Source: a virus
Reading direction: 5' to 3' (one strand)
Length of the DNA: 64,000 bases
IMG/VR virus record: IMGVR_UViG_3300009168_000041
Coordinates: 23,601 to 87,600 of that record
Positions 9,728 through 19,763 of this stretch are shown in pieces; within the stretch, counting starts at the first letter, position 1, and each line of letters opens with the position of its first letter. The notes beneath the pieces are model-generated. The model was not told where the DNA came from and did not search any database. It worked only from the letters and a program-made list of their open reading frames with translations. The position numbers and the translations under genes are program-made.

Positions 9728-10465
9728 ATGCGGGCTGCTGCGTTTGTTAGCGGGCTCTGGGGCGACGCGGTGACGCTGGCATACCCTGGTCAGCGGCCAT
9801 ATAAGGTGTTGGACGATGCTCGGGCCACGGCCGCGTGGGAGCACAAGGCAGAGCCGCGGCTGGCATTTGCCTTCGGCCAGACGAACGCCGACTTCCTGCA
9901 TTCGTTGGGGTTCCGCGAGAAGCTACTGAATGCCGAGGCGGTAGTCAACTACACGGGGGCGACAGAACGCAACCCAAATTCAGTTGGCTCATTCAACTTT
10001 GGGGCGTCGATATGGCGGCAGAAGATTGAGTGCATGGTGGCGGCATTCGAGGAGCCGGGCGTCAGGGAAATCGTCTGGCTCGATTGGGACATCCGGCCAA
10101 TGGTTCCCGTGCCGGCCGACTTCTGGGGACAGTTGCAACGTGGCCAGCCATTCCAAGCGGCACTAACCCAGCGGCACCGCAAGCAATGCTCGTGGCGTGC
10201 CACCGAACCACGTAAGCTTCACCACGGCGGATTCGTTTATGTTCGCGGATACGATACGGTATGCCGGTTGGCTGAATTAGCGGAGACGCGGCCTGAATTG
10301 AATGACGAACTACTCTACGGGTTGCTGGTTGATGAGCTAATGGGCGGCAAGTGGCTTGGGAGTGAGCAGTACAAGGAAATGGGATTCGAGCCGTGGTGTT
10401 ACAACGTGGCGAATGGGGCAGTGTTTCCGAAAGAGAACGAGGTCTTTCGCAACTGCGGGAGGTGA
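9728..10465 (+). CDS. GT-A-like glycosyltransferase, paralog 4
   Basis: FVSGLWGD; IVWLDWD; HHGGFVYVRG. Confidence 0.65.
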   Translation: MRAAAFVSGLWGDAVTLAYPGQRPYKVLDDARATAAWEHKAEPRLAFAFGQTNADFLHSLGFREKLLNAEAVVNYTGATERNPNSVGSFNFGASIWRQKIECMVAAFEEPGVREIVWLDWDIRPMVPVPADFWGQLQRGQPFQAALTQRHRKQCSWRATEPRKLHHGGFVYVRGYDTVCRLAELAETRPELNDELLYGLLVDELMGGKWLGSEQYKEMGFEPWCYNVANGAVFPKENEVFRNCGR

Positions 10466-10468
10466 GGC

Positions 10469-11251
10469 GTGCGAGGATGCTTCGTTCGGCTGCTGTTCGG
10501 CGATTCCCTGGTTGACCGCCGCGAGGCAGTTGTCCGCGAGGTATCGCTATCCCGCCAGTTCCCGCAGCCGGAGCCGCTTGTCTTCTGGGCAATGGGGCGC
10601 GAAAATCTGGAGATTGCCAGGGCGGCCGGATGGGACGCCAAACTGCTATGCGAAGAGTCGGTATTGAACCTCACTGGCCAGACGGAACGGCACCCGGAAC
10701 GCGAGCGTGGGTTCTTGCCGTATGGAACCAATGTTTTCAACGCAAAGTTTCTGGCCCTTCAAGAGACAATACGCCTCGGGTACGACCAGGCCGTCTTTCT
10801 GGATCTTGATATCGGCATGGTTCAGCCTTTGCCGGCCGACTTCTGGGAACGACTTGAAGCGGGCCGCGAAATTCAGACTGGGCTTCGCACCTATCACCGG
10901 AAGATATGCAAGTGGCGTCGTGACGGGCAGCGGACGGTATGCTGGGCGGCAGCCATTTACGTTCGCGGCCTGTCGATTTGCGAGCAACTACTTGCCGCCG
11001 CCCGCCAGCATCCAGAGTGGTATGAACAGTGGATTATGTCGCTCGTGACTGACAACATGCTGGGTGGGTGGACGAACGCAGATGCCTACCGAAGTGCCGG
11101 CTTCTACTTCCCGTACCTTGAGCAGAAGCTATGTTTTCCGGCCGACGTTCCCGTGTTCCGGCCCGTATTAGACAAAGGGTTTTCACCCATGACGAAACAC
11201 CCCGAGGCTTGGGTTGAGCACGTGATAGCCGTTCAGTCTCAGAATACTTGA
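10469..11251 (+). CDS. GT-A-like glycosyltransferase, paralog 5
   Basis: GCFVRLLFGD; AVFLDLD; PLPADFW. Confidence 0.65.
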   Translation: MRGCFVRLLFGDSLVDRREAVVREVSLSRQFPQPEPLVFWAMGRENLEIARAAGWDAKLLCEESVLNLTGQTERHPERERGFLPYGTNVFNAKFLALQETIRLGYDQAVFLDLDIGMVQPLPADFWERLEAGREIQTGLRTYHRKICKWRRDGQRTVCWAAAIYVRGLSICEQLLAAARQHPEWYEQWIMSLVTDNMLGGWTNADAYRSAGFYFPYLEQKLCFPADVPVFRPVLDKGFSPMTKHPEAWVEHVIAVQSQNT

Positions 11252-11266
11252 TAACGGAATCGCCCC

Positions 11267-11857
11267 ATGTTTCCACCCTGGATGCACCTAAATCCCGCAT
11301 ACTCGAAATACAAAATCGGCCAATGGTCCTACGGGAAGCCGACGATTAACGACTATGGTATGCCCGCGTCGGCCGTGACTATCGGGAAGTTTTGCTCGAT
11401 TGGCGGCGGGACACTTTTCATTCGCGGCCAGCACAGTATGGATATTGTCAGTACAGGTGGCGTCGCACTGTATCTGACTTCCGACAGAGAGTTGCGATCT
11501 AAGCTTGTCGGCCTTGACCCGCGCGGGGATATCACCGTCGGAAACGACGTGTGGATTGGGTACAACGTCATCCTCATGCCCAACGTAACCATCGGCGACG
11601 GGGCAGTCATTGGTGCATCGGCCGTCGTGACTCGGGACATCCCGCCATACGCCGTTGCGGTTGGCGTGCCGGCCCGCGTCCACCACATTCGGTTCCCGCC
11701 AGACGTAGTTGAGGCGTTGCTTCGCATTCGCTGGTGGGACTGGCCAGACGATGTGGTGCGGGCGCGAATTGCCGATATCCAGTCGAACGACGTGGCTGGG
11801 TTTGTTGCTAGGTACGATCCGCTCAAGGCGGCGGCGTCAGCAAAGGGAACAGCATGA
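11267..11857 (+). CDS. Hexapeptide-repeat O-acetyltransferase (CatB/Vat-like)
   Basis: [51 protein letters not shown]. Confidence 0.92.
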   Translation: MFPPWMHLNPAYSKYKIGQWSYGKPTINDYGMPASAVTIGKFCSIGGGTLFIRGQHSMDIVSTGGVALYLTSDRELRSKLVGLDPRGDITVGNDVWIGYNVILMPNVTIGDGAVIGASAVVTRDIPPYAVAVGVPARVHHIRFPPDVVEALLRIRWWDWPDDVVRARIADIQSNDVAGFVARYDPLKAAASAKGTA

Positions 11858-11860
11858 GCA

Positions 11861-12616
11861 ATGATGCGAGTAACAAGTATGAGAAACGTATTTGTCCGCG
11901 GCCTGTGGGGCGACGAAACGACGCAACGCCGGCCGAAGCGGCATGGGCATTCCCTGGCTGACGAGATTAAGGAAACCCGCGACTGGCAGTACCGCGAATC
12001 GCCGCTTCTGGTTTGCAGTTTCGGGCGGCCGAACCACGATACCCTGGCTGAACTAGGCATCCCGTCCACGATGCTCTTCTCGGACGGGGTTATCAATTAC
12101 TCGGGGGCCGCCTCCCGCGACTCTACTGGGCGACGCGGTTGGGTCAACTATGGGTCGGATATCTCCCGGCAGAAATTCGAGTGCATTGCCGCCGCGTTAG
12201 AGTCGAACGACGCGGCCCTCTGGATTGACTGGGATGTTCGGCTTGTCGAGCCGCTGCCGGAAGATTTTTGGGGCCGGATGAATTCCGGTCCGCCCATGCA
12301 GGCACCGCTTGGGTTCGGATACAAAAACAAGCAGTGCTTATGGCGAAAGATTCAACCACGAATCTTGCACCACACATGGTTTCTGTACGTCCGGGGGATG
12401 GCGATAGCGCGGCGGCTTTTGGCTGTTGCGGCGGAATACCCCCTGGAATACGACGAACGGATTGCGGCCCGCGTGTTCGATGAGTTGTCCGGCGGCTGGA
12501 AAGGCACAGAAACGTACATAAGGGAGGGCTACCAGCCGTACTGTGCGGAGCATATCACGGGCGATATGTTTGGGTACAAGGCGGAGCAGCTGGTTTTTCA
12601 ATGTCAAGGGAAGTAG
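11861..12616 (+). CDS. GT-A-like glycosyltransferase, paralog 6
   Basis: VFVRGLWGD; ALWIDWD; PLPEDFW. Confidence 0.65.
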   Translation: MMRVTSMRNVFVRGLWGDETTQRRPKRHGHSLADEIKETRDWQYRESPLLVCSFGRPNHDTLAELGIPSTMLFSDGVINYSGAASRDSTGRRGWVNYGSDISRQKFECIAAALESNDAALWIDWDVRLVEPLPEDFWGRMNSGPPMQAPLGFGYKNKQCLWRKIQPRILHHTWFLYVRGMAIARRLLAVAAEYPLEYDERIAARVFDELSGGWKGTETYIREGYQPYCAEHITGDMFGYKAEQLVFQCQGK

Positions 12617-12634
12617 GGGGCGGTACGAAGGCCC

Positions 12635-13372
12635 ATGAATCTGAGTATTGAACTCAACGTCACACTCGCCTGCAACGCCCGCTGCCGCTGCTGCGACCGC
12701 CTATGCGACAAGTTCCCAGAACGGACTGAGCACATGGAAGTCTGCCAGGTGGAAAGATTCCTGACTGAGGCTCGGCTGGCCGGCGGCGTAAGCAAGGTTC
12801 GCGTCTTGGGCGGCGAGCCGACGCTTCATCCACAGATAGACGCAATCATGCGGCTTCTGGTCGATGCCATTCACGACGGAACGGTCGGGGCTGTCGAGGT
12901 GAACACCAATACGATATCGCCTACTTGGAAGGCCCACCGCGACGCCTGCCTTGATCCCAAAGTGCGATGGGACCGCTCGCCGCCGAATCGCAAACACCAC
13001 CTGCCTTTTTTGTGGGCCCCGAAAGACTTGGGGTTCGCGACCACCGGGCCGTGCCGCCACCCGGTTCAGTGTGGGTTCAGCCTGGATTCGCTCGGTTGGT
13101 TGCCGTGCAGCCCGGCGATTGCCATTACCCGCCTGTTTTTCGGCGGCCGGCATTACCGCCAGGCCATGCCGGACGGAACGGCGTGGGGGTGCGAAGACCT
13201 ATGCCCGCTGTGTATTTACTCGATGCCGCGCGGGTGGCGAATCAGGAACCGGCGAAAGCTTCGCGATTTTACGGCGGCGATGAAAGAGCCAACGCGGTCC
13301 TGGGCAGACGCTCTGAAAGAGGCGACACAGAAGGCACCTGCGGAAGCATCGCAAGGGAACCCCAATGGGTAA
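12635..13372 (+). CDS. Radical SAM enzyme with C-terminal Cys (twitch-like) extension, paralog A
   Basis: CNARCRCC (CxxxCxxC), LGGEPTLHP, C-terminal PC.HP..CGF..PC..LCPLC. Confidence 0.88.
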   Translation: MNLSIELNVTLACNARCRCCDRLCDKFPERTEHMEVCQVERFLTEARLAGGVSKVRVLGGEPTLHPQIDAIMRLLVDAIHDGTVGAVEVNTNTISPTWKAHRDACLDPKVRWDRSPPNRKHHLPFLWAPKDLGFATTGPCRHPVQCGFSLDSLGWLPCSPAIAITRLFFGGRHYRQAMPDGTAWGCEDLCPLCIYSMPRGWRIRNRRKLRDFTAAMKEPTRSWADALKEATQKAPAEASQGNPNG

Positions 13373-13913
13373 CGTCTTCTCAAAGGGCTCCCACCTCCCC
13401 ATCCTTGCCTATGCCGTCCGCAAAACGCAAGGAACGGTCATAGAGTGCGGGGTCGGCTACTTCTCGACACCGTTCCTCCACTATGTTTGCTGTCCCAACA
13501 GGCCGGTTGTGAGCCTAGAGCCGGATGAAAAATGGGCCAATCTGTTCACTGGGTTCGCGTGCGACGGCCACAGAATCGAACGGGTCGCCTCTACCGTGGT
13601 CGGATGGATTGATGCCCTAGCGGCGGCCTGCAATGCGTCACACATCGGAGTTGCTTTGATAGACCAAGATAACGACACGTTTGCTAACAGGGCGGCGACT
13701 GCCGGGTACCTCATCGACCGGGCTGATATCGTCGTGATTCACGATATGAAAATAGACAGCGGACATCATCGTCGGATACCAAAGCGCGTGCGGCGGGCGA
13801 AATTCGTTCGCTTCTTTCCTGACCACGGGGACAAGTATTGCTTCGGCACGATTGCGGCCAGCCAGCGAATCGACGTGCATAAGTGGCCCGAACTGACGTT
13901 TGAAAATGCGTGA
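13365..13913 (+). CDS. Putative SAM methyltransferase-fold protein
   Basis: VIECGVGYFST, SLE, ALID, VIHD. Confidence 0.65.
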   Translation: MGNVFSKGSHLPILAYAVRKTQGTVIECGVGYFSTPFLHYVCCPNRPVVSLEPDEKWANLFTGFACDGHRIERVASTVVGWIDALAAACNASHIGVALIDQDNDTFANRAATAGYLIDRADIVVIHDMKIDSGHHRRIPKRVRRAKFVRFFPDHGDKYCFGTIAASQRIDVHKWPELTFENA

Positions 13914-14037
13914 ATACTACTTTGACGCAACCGCTTTGCTGGCAATATGTTAGCGTTGCGTATCGCCCCTGTTATGTACCTCCCGTACCGTTTTTCTCTT
14001 GACATACCCGCCCCTGATTGTGCAAACTACGCGAAAG

Positions 14038-14253
14038 ATGAATCGGTTCGACTGCTTTGAGTCCGAAGGCGGCCGGCGAACGGCAACAGTTGCCTCGGAA
14101 TCACTAGCGGCCGAAATGGAAAGGTTTCACCGAAACCGGTCTTACGGCCGTGTGACGGTGGAAGTGGACTTCCGGGCGGGCGAGCCGGTTCAAGTCACCG
14201 TGACCCCAAGGCTGACTATCACTGCAAGCAGCCTCATTTCCGGTGGCTCGTGA
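14038..14253 (+). CDS. Small hypothetical protein (YGxVxV..xG pattern, DUF2292-like)
   Basis: SYGRVTVEVDFRAGEPVQV; lies just before the structural operon. Confidence 0.45.
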   Translation: MNRFDCFESEGGRRTATVASESLAAEMERFHRNRSYGRVTVEVDFRAGEPVQVTVTPRLTITASSLISGGS

Positions 14254-14289
14254 GCGAATGAAGTAGCATAGCCGGAGTATTCCATCGAG

Positions 14290-14344
14290 AAGCCCGGCGT
14301 CTGCGTTTGTGCCTGGTGCATGAATGCGGACGCCGGGCTTTTTT
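14290..14344 (+). terminator. Long hairpin plus U-run (terminator or attenuator) ahead of the head operon
   Basis: AAGCCCGGCGTCTGCGTTTGTGC / GCATGAATGCGGACGCCGGGCTT with G-U pairs, then T run. Confidence 0.7.
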
Positions 14345-14364
14345 CGTTTTCGGGGAGCTTGGAA

Positions 14365-15693
14365 ATGGCGGACGCCGACTACGTAGAAGTCCATATCCAG
14401 TTCCCGCCCGCCGACACCGACGCCGTTAAGAATCGCCACATCAAAGCATGGGATGTGAACGCGGCCGAGGCGGGCACTGCTGGCCAGCCGTTCGTCAATA
14501 AGACGCTCGCCAACACCGTCAACTTCTACTCGTTCTCGTGCTTGAGTGGTGCCCGCATTCGCGTCGGCCAGTATGACGTAATGAACGGCGGTCGCGTGAC
14601 GGAGATGCACACGATCGAGTTCGGTGCCCATGCGGGGACGTGGGTGGAAACCGAATGGCTGTGGGTGAGCGACATCCAGGACCTCAGCGAATCGTCAAGC
14701 AGCACGTCCAGCACTTCCACCGCCGAGGTGAGCCGGTCGTCATCTTCCTCGACATCATCCAGTTCCAAGTCTACGGAATCGCTCAGCAGCTTCTCGTCGT
14801 CCACGGCTTCCACTGCATCCGTCACTTCGGAAAGCAGCCTGAGCACGACATCGACAAGCACGCTTGTTTCCACGTCTTCCACGAGCAGCAGCACGACATC
14901 GAGTTCCTCGTGGTCTTCGCCCAGCGTATCTACGCTATCGTCGCAAAGTGCGGCCAGCGAATCGTCGGCCAGCGAATCCAGCGAATCGTCAACCAGTTCG
15001 GCTAGCACGTCTTCTAGCAGCACGGCCGAAGCTTCCTGGTCGAGTTCCTCGACGACGAGCGGTTCTAGCAGCAGCACGTCAAGCGTTTCCACGACTTCTG
15101 GTAGCTCGTCTTCTAGCTCGTCCACGGTGGTGGCGTCCGGCTCGTCAAGTTCTACGTCAAGCAGCACCTCGTCTAGCACGTCCAGTAGCACGACGGAAAG
15201 CATTACCTCGGCTTCTTCGTTGAGCTACTCGACGGCAACTTCGTCTAGCACATCTTCGTCTAGCACGAGTGCATCTTCGCTGTCGAGCGCGTCTAGTGTT
15301 TCAGGTTCGTCGTCAAGCTCGAATAGCTCGTCTTCAACGGTTGTGGCTTCGTGGTCGTCAAGCAGCACATCAAGCAGTTCGTCGAAGAGTGAATCGTCGT
15401 CTTCGTCGAAGAGCGTATCGTCGTCTTCTTCCAATTCGGAAAGCTCAACCAGCACCGCCGGTGCTTCGTGGTCGTCTTCATCGTCGTCTAGCACGGCATC
15501 GGTTTCGAGTTCGTCCAGCAAATCTGTTTCGTCTTCCTCCACCTCAAGTTCGTCTAGCGCGTCGGTTTCGTCGTCGTCTTCCAAGTCGGTATCTTCTTCC
15601 TCGGCCTCTAGTTCCTCGACCGTCGAAATTTCGATGTCCAGTTCGTCCTCTACGTCTTCTTCCAGCACCAGTAGTTCGGAGAGCCAGGGATGA
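14365..15693 (+). CDS. Probable virion protein with ~330-aa Ser/Thr-rich (mucin-like) tail
   Basis: ~105-aa globular N-terminus, then an uninterrupted S/T tract using mixed codons; ATGA-coupled to the prohead protease. Confidence 0.75.
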   Translation: MADADYVEVHIQFPPADTDAVKNRHIKAWDVNAAEAGTAGQPFVNKTLANTVNFYSFSCLSGARIRVGQYDVMNGGRVTEMHTIEFGAHAGTWVETEWLWVSDIQDLSESSSSTSSTSTAEVSRSSSSSTSSSSKSTESLSSFSSSTASTASVTSESSLSTTSTSTLVSTSSTSSSTTSSSSWSSPSVSTLSSQSAASESSASESSESSTSSASTSSSSTAEASWSSSSTTSGSSSSTSSVSTTSGSSSSSSSTVVASGSSSSTSSSTSSSTSSSTTESITSASSLSYSTATSSSTSSSSTSASSLSSASSVSGSSSSSNSSSSTVVASWSSSSTSSSSSKSESSSSSKSVSSSSSNSESSTSTAGASWSSSSSSSTASVSSSSSKSVSSSSTSSSSSASVSSSSSKSVSSSSASSSSTVEISMSSSSSTSSSSTSSSESQG

Positions 15694-17510
15694 GCCCAGA
15701 CGAATTGAACCTGAAGCTCGCCGATATTGTCCGCGGACGCACGGATCGCATGTCGCTCTATGGCTCGGGTATCCGGCTGGCCAGTGACTACGTTCGCGGG
15801 GTTCTGGACGCGGCTGGCAGCGACGGGGCGGTAGCGTTTCCGGACGCCGCTGGGATGGTAAAGGAAGCGGAAAACCGGCTCGTGTATCGCAATGACGATA
15901 TGGCTTACGAGCCGCCCATGACGAGCATGGGGGCCATCGCCGGGTACTGCAAAAGCATCGGGGTCGATACGCCGCCGCGGTGCCTCATGGTATTCGAGAA
16001 TATCGTCACTACCAGCAAGGAAGACAGGGACGGCGACATTCTTCGTAGCGAAGGGGCGATGGTTGACCCGCAAATGCCGCTGCTCTGGCACCACATGCTG
16101 CCGGCAATCGTTGGCAAGATGCTTTCGGTGCGGGAACAGAACAGCAACCACGTCCGCGTGGCGTCGGCCATCATGGAATCGCCGCTCGGGAACGACGTGG
16201 CCAACCTAATCGAGTTTGGGGCGTTGCGAATCAGCCACGGGTTCCGGCCTCTGGACTTCCGGCCGCGTGAAAAGGGACTGCGAAATACGCAAGTGCCACG
16301 AGGATACGACATCCGTTCATACGAAATGCTTGAGGAAAGCGTGGTTTCGGTGCCAAGCAACGTGGGGGGCGTTATCACCGCGTGGAGCCGCGGGAAGCTT
16401 TGCACCCCAATGGTCAAGGCGTGGGCAAAGTCGCTCAACGAATCGCGGCCAGACAAGGTGTATGCGGTGGGTGTCGCGATTGGTGGTGCGGCCAGCGTGG
16501 TTGGAATGTCCGCGCCTGACGCCAACATGCAATCGACAGACCAGGATGCCTACACGCTTGGCACGGTCACGATCCCGGTGAATCTGGAGATCAAAATGAG
16601 CCGCAAAAACGCAGACCCCACAGAACCCGACGGCCAGAAGCCGACGCCCACCGATGAAGACGTTCGCCTCGGGGCCGACGCCAAGCGGCAGAAGGAATCG
16701 GGCGACAACCCGCCGTCGTGGGCCGTGGATGAGGCGTTGTGGGAGCGTGCGAAGAAAGCGGCCGATAAGTCATACGACGAATCGGACGAGGCGTACTGGC
16801 CGGTGGTGGTCACCATCTACCGAAACATGGGCGGAACAATCCAGGGCGACGCCCAGAAGTCTGTTGAACCCGAACCCAAGCCGGCGGCCAAGCCGGAGGA
16901 GAAAGTCATGGACCCCGAAGTCAAAACCGCGCTCTCCTCCAAAGCGATGGGCACTGAACCGGATGAGGAGGGAGATGGCGAAGACACCGCCGAAGCCAAG
17001 TGCCCTGAGTGCGGCGAAACGGTAACACCCGATGCCGATGGCAAGTGCCCTGAGTGTGGGGCTGCGATGAAAAAGCCGGAAAGCAAGAGTGCCGAAAGCG
17101 ACGCGGAAAAGTCCCCGGCACCCCTGGCTGACAAAGCAGGCCGCGTACTCTCCACCGCCAACGAGGCCGCTATTCGCACCGCCGCTGCCGCCCTCCAAGC
17201 GGTTCTCGACCAGGTAGGCGAGCCCGAGAAACAGAAGCCCGGCGAGCCGCCGGCCACCGACAAGCCGGACGAACAGCCGCCACGCGAAGGGCCGCCGGTA
17301 GAACTCAACCTCCCTGACTCTTCGCTTTCGCTTCAAGCGGCGTGCCAGACGGTGGTAACAAAACTATTCGACTTGGACCCCGCAGACACGTCGGCCGAAG
17401 ACGTGAAGATCATGCGGCGAACCAACGAAGCACTCGGCTTGGCCTTGGAACAGGTCAATAGGGCGAAACGGCGGCGGGCCGTTGAGAAGGTATTTTCCCG
17501 TAAGCGGTAG
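15690..17510 (+). CDS. HK97-type prohead maturation protease with long C-terminal extension
   Basis: EDRDGDI, LLWHH, ISHGF, YEMLEESVVSVPSN; CPECG x2 zinc ribbon; KAGRVLS. Confidence 0.88.
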   Translation: MSPDELNLKLADIVRGRTDRMSLYGSGIRLASDYVRGVLDAAGSDGAVAFPDAAGMVKEAENRLVYRNDDMAYEPPMTSMGAIAGYCKSIGVDTPPRCLMVFENIVTTSKEDRDGDILRSEGAMVDPQMPLLWHHMLPAIVGKMLSVREQNSNHVRVASAIMESPLGNDVANLIEFGALRISHGFRPLDFRPREKGLRNTQVPRGYDIRSYEMLEESVVSVPSNVGGVITAWSRGKLCTPMVKAWAKSLNESRPDKVYAVGVAIGGAASVVGMSAPDANMQSTDQDAYTLGTVTIPVNLEIKMSRKNADPTEPDGQKPTPTDEDVRLGADAKRQKESGDNPPSWAVDEALWERAKKAADKSYDESDEAYWPVVVTIYRNMGGTIQGDAQKSVEPEPKPAAKPEEKVMDPEVKTALSSKAMGTEPDEEGDGEDTAEAKCPECGETVTPDADGKCPECGAAMKKPESKSAESDAEKSPAPLADKAGRVLSTANEAAIRTAAAALQAVLDQVGEPEKQKPGEPPATDKPDEQPPREGPPVELNLPDSSLSLQAACQTVVTKLFDLDPADTSAEDVKIMRRTNEALGLALEQVNRAKRRRAVEKVFSRKR

Positions 17511-17570
17511 TGCCGCCGTTGGCACCACCGAACACCAGCCTCGTGTAACCGTGTAACAAGGATCGAAACT

Positions 17571-19199
17571 ATGAATCTCACGACCAACCTGAAGGGCTGG
17601 CTTGCGGAGAACTGCCAAGTTCCGGCAACGGCCAGCGACGAAGAGTTCAAGAAGGCCGCCAGCCTGGCGATCTTCGATGACAAGCTTTCCGCTACCAAAC
17701 TCGCCGAACTCACCGAGGAAGGCGGGCCGGACGCGGCCGACGTGATTGGGCAGGCACTCGCCAAGGCCCTGGCCCCGATTACCCAGAAAATGGCTTCCCT
17801 GGAAGAGCGGCAGTCGCAACTCCAGAACGCCGGGGCCCTCGGCTCCGCCCTGGAATCGGCCATTACCAACGTCAAGCCGACGGTCAGCGGCGAGCCCGAC
17901 AAGGTGCCGTCCAGCACCCGGGCGGCGCAACTGTTCGGGGCCGCCGACCCGCAAGTCCGCGTCAAGTCGCCGATGGAGCGGTACAGCCATACCAAGTCGA
18001 TGCTGACGTACCCCGACCGGGACAAGCACGGCCGCCCGCACCCGAAGGCCGGGCTGCCCATTTCCATGCCGAACGCCTTCAACAGTTCTTTCGAGACCAT
18101 CGCCCAGGATGAGACGGCGATTATCGGCGCGTTCGTCAAGTGGTCGGCGAACATGGGCGGCAAGGGCGTTTGCCCGCACCCGCTGCTTCGCATGACGGAG
18201 CACGACCAGCAACTGATGGAATACGCGATGCACGAGATGCCCTGGACGGGCTACCTCAACGCCTCGGGCCGAAACGAGATCGAGTTGACCGGAGAGAAGC
18301 TGACCGACTTCCAGCGGAAGACGCTGCTTGACGATTCCACGTCCGGCGGCCTGGAAGCCGTGCCCGTTGTCGTGGACCTCGCCCTGATTACCACGCCGGT
18401 TCTCTTCGGCGAACTGTTTCCCCTGGTTGAGGTGGTGCCGATTCCTCGGGGCCGCCGGATCGAGGGGGCCAGCATCGGCAACATCTCGTGGACCTCGGGC
18501 ACCGCCGAGGGCACGAGCATCACGCCGTTCAACACGGCGTCGATGATCGCGGCGTTCGACAACACCGTCTATCCCGTGGTTGCGGCCATCGAAGTCGGAA
18601 ACGACTTCCAAGAGGATTCGCCGTTCTCTATCGGCCAGACGATCATCAGCAAGGCCGGCGAGAAGCACATGGAATGGCTTGACAACCAGATCGCCAACGG
18701 CGACGGCACGACTGAGCCGCAAGGCATTTTCAACGCCAGCGGCACGACCGACATCGGCAACCCGTCCGGCGGGGCCGGCGCGGCGGCCACGATCACCGAC
18801 TACGAGAACCTGCTGTTTGGGATCTCGAAGGCGTATCGCAACACCCCGCAAGACCGGGCCCGCACCGTGTACATCGCCAACGACACGTCTTACAAGCGTG
18901 CCCGCGCGATCTACGTCGGGGCTGCCGACGCCCGGCGTCTGTTCGGAACGGACTACCAGAGCTACATGCTCGGGGACGTGCCGTTCAAGGTTCAGAACGA
19001 CATCGACAACGCCTACGCGGCGTGCTGCAATCTCCGCTACTACCGCATGTATCGCCGGCAAGGCGTACAGGTGGTGACGGAGACCGGCGGCCGGACGCTG
19101 CAGCTCCAGAATCTCACCCTCATCGTCATGCGGGCTCGCTGGGCTGGAAAGCTGACGCTGGGCGGGGCCTGCGCGTATTCCGACAACTGGCAGGCGTAA
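17571..19199 (+). CDS. Major capsid protein (HK97 fold, with N-terminal scaffold/delta region)
   Basis: Follows the protease; DSTSGGLEAVP, NDFQEDSP, DNQIANGDGTTEPQGIF, MLGDVP. Confidence 0.9.
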   Translation: MNLTTNLKGWLAENCQVPATASDEEFKKAASLAIFDDKLSATKLAELTEEGGPDAADVIGQALAKALAPITQKMASLEERQSQLQNAGALGSALESAITNVKPTVSGEPDKVPSSTRAAQLFGAADPQVRVKSPMERYSHTKSMLTYPDRDKHGRPHPKAGLPISMPNAFNSSFETIAQDETAIIGAFVKWSANMGGKGVCPHPLLRMTEHDQQLMEYAMHEMPWTGYLNASGRNEIELTGEKLTDFQRKTLLDDSTSGGLEAVPVVVDLALITTPVLFGELFPLVEVVPIPRGRRIEGASIGNISWTSGTAEGTSITPFNTASMIAAFDNTVYPVVAAIEVGNDFQEDSPFSIGQTIISKAGEKHMEWLDNQIANGDGTTEPQGIFNASGTTDIGNPSGGAGAAATITDYENLLFGISKAYRNTPQDRARTVYIANDTSYKRARAIYVGAADARRLFGTDYQSYMLGDVPFKVQNDIDNAYAACCNLRYYRMYRRQGVQVVTETGGRTLQLQNLTLIVMRARWAGKLTLGGACAYSDNWQA

Positions 19200-19250
19200 C
19201 CCATCGGATAGGCCGTGACGCACAAGCATTGCGGCCAGAAAGGAAATGCT

Positions 19251-19643
19251 ATGGCCAGAATGAACCGTTCTCTGCTGCCTGCCGAAGTGGTTGTCGAACT
19301 CACCGGGGCCCGACAGCAGAGTTTTCTATTCAGTCCGCTTGGCCGCAACTTGCGCAGCCGCGGCACGGTGAAGATCGCCGGCAGCCCGCTTCCCGGAATG
19401 TATCTGGCGTTTGATTTCGATAGGAAGGTGGTCCGCGTTTTGGAGCCGCTTTCCTACATCGACACAGCGCCGCGGATACGCGATGCCAGTGGGCAGTTGG
19501 TTGTCCAAGCGTATGTTCAACCGCAGCACGCCTATGACAAACTGAGCCCTGCGGACTTCGCTGACTTGGCGGCAACGGTCGCCGGACTGGTCAGCGGCGG
19601 CGAGGCTCGTTACGTCCAAGGCAAGTTCCCAGACAACCCCTAA
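19251..19643 (+). CDS. Hypothetical head-associated protein, paralog of 19764-20363
   Basis: EVVVE..FSPL...LR.R..PGMYLAFD. Confidence 0.6.
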   Translation: MARMNRSLLPAEVVVELTGARQQSFLFSPLGRNLRSRGTVKIAGSPLPGMYLAFDFDRKVVRVLEPLSYIDTAPRIRDASGQLVVQAYVQPQHAYDKLSPADFADLAATVAGLVSGGEARYVQGKFPDNP

Positions 19644-19763
19644 CAACCCCAGAGGGATCTGTCGTTTCGTTTCTCCTGTGTCAACCCGCCCGGGTGCCCC
19701 ACAGCCCGCGGCCCCGGGCGGGCGATTTGAATTGCTAGCGGGCCACAATCGAGGGCTTTTTCG

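Noticed and set aside
11267-11857. Antibiotic-resistance gene (cat/vat)
   Set aside because: Same fold, but its place among glycosyltransferases favours sugar O-acetylation.
1640-13913. DNA hypermodification as the role of the GT cluster
   Set aside because: No hydroxymethylase, TET/JBP, aGPT-Pplase or queuosine-pathway genes in the window; not fully excluded, since the genome is incomplete.
14686-15690. CRISPR array or DGR repeats
   Set aside because: No fixed repeat-spacer period, and no cas or reverse transcriptase gene anywhere in the window.
14526-16151. Long minus-strand ORFs rich in L/E/D/V (also 24324-25082, 25765-26061)
   Set aside because: Antisense shadows of serine codons; the + strand frames are coupled into the structural operon.
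17364-19229. 621-aa minus-strand ORF
   Set aside because: Shadow of the GC3-biased capsid gene; no motifs.
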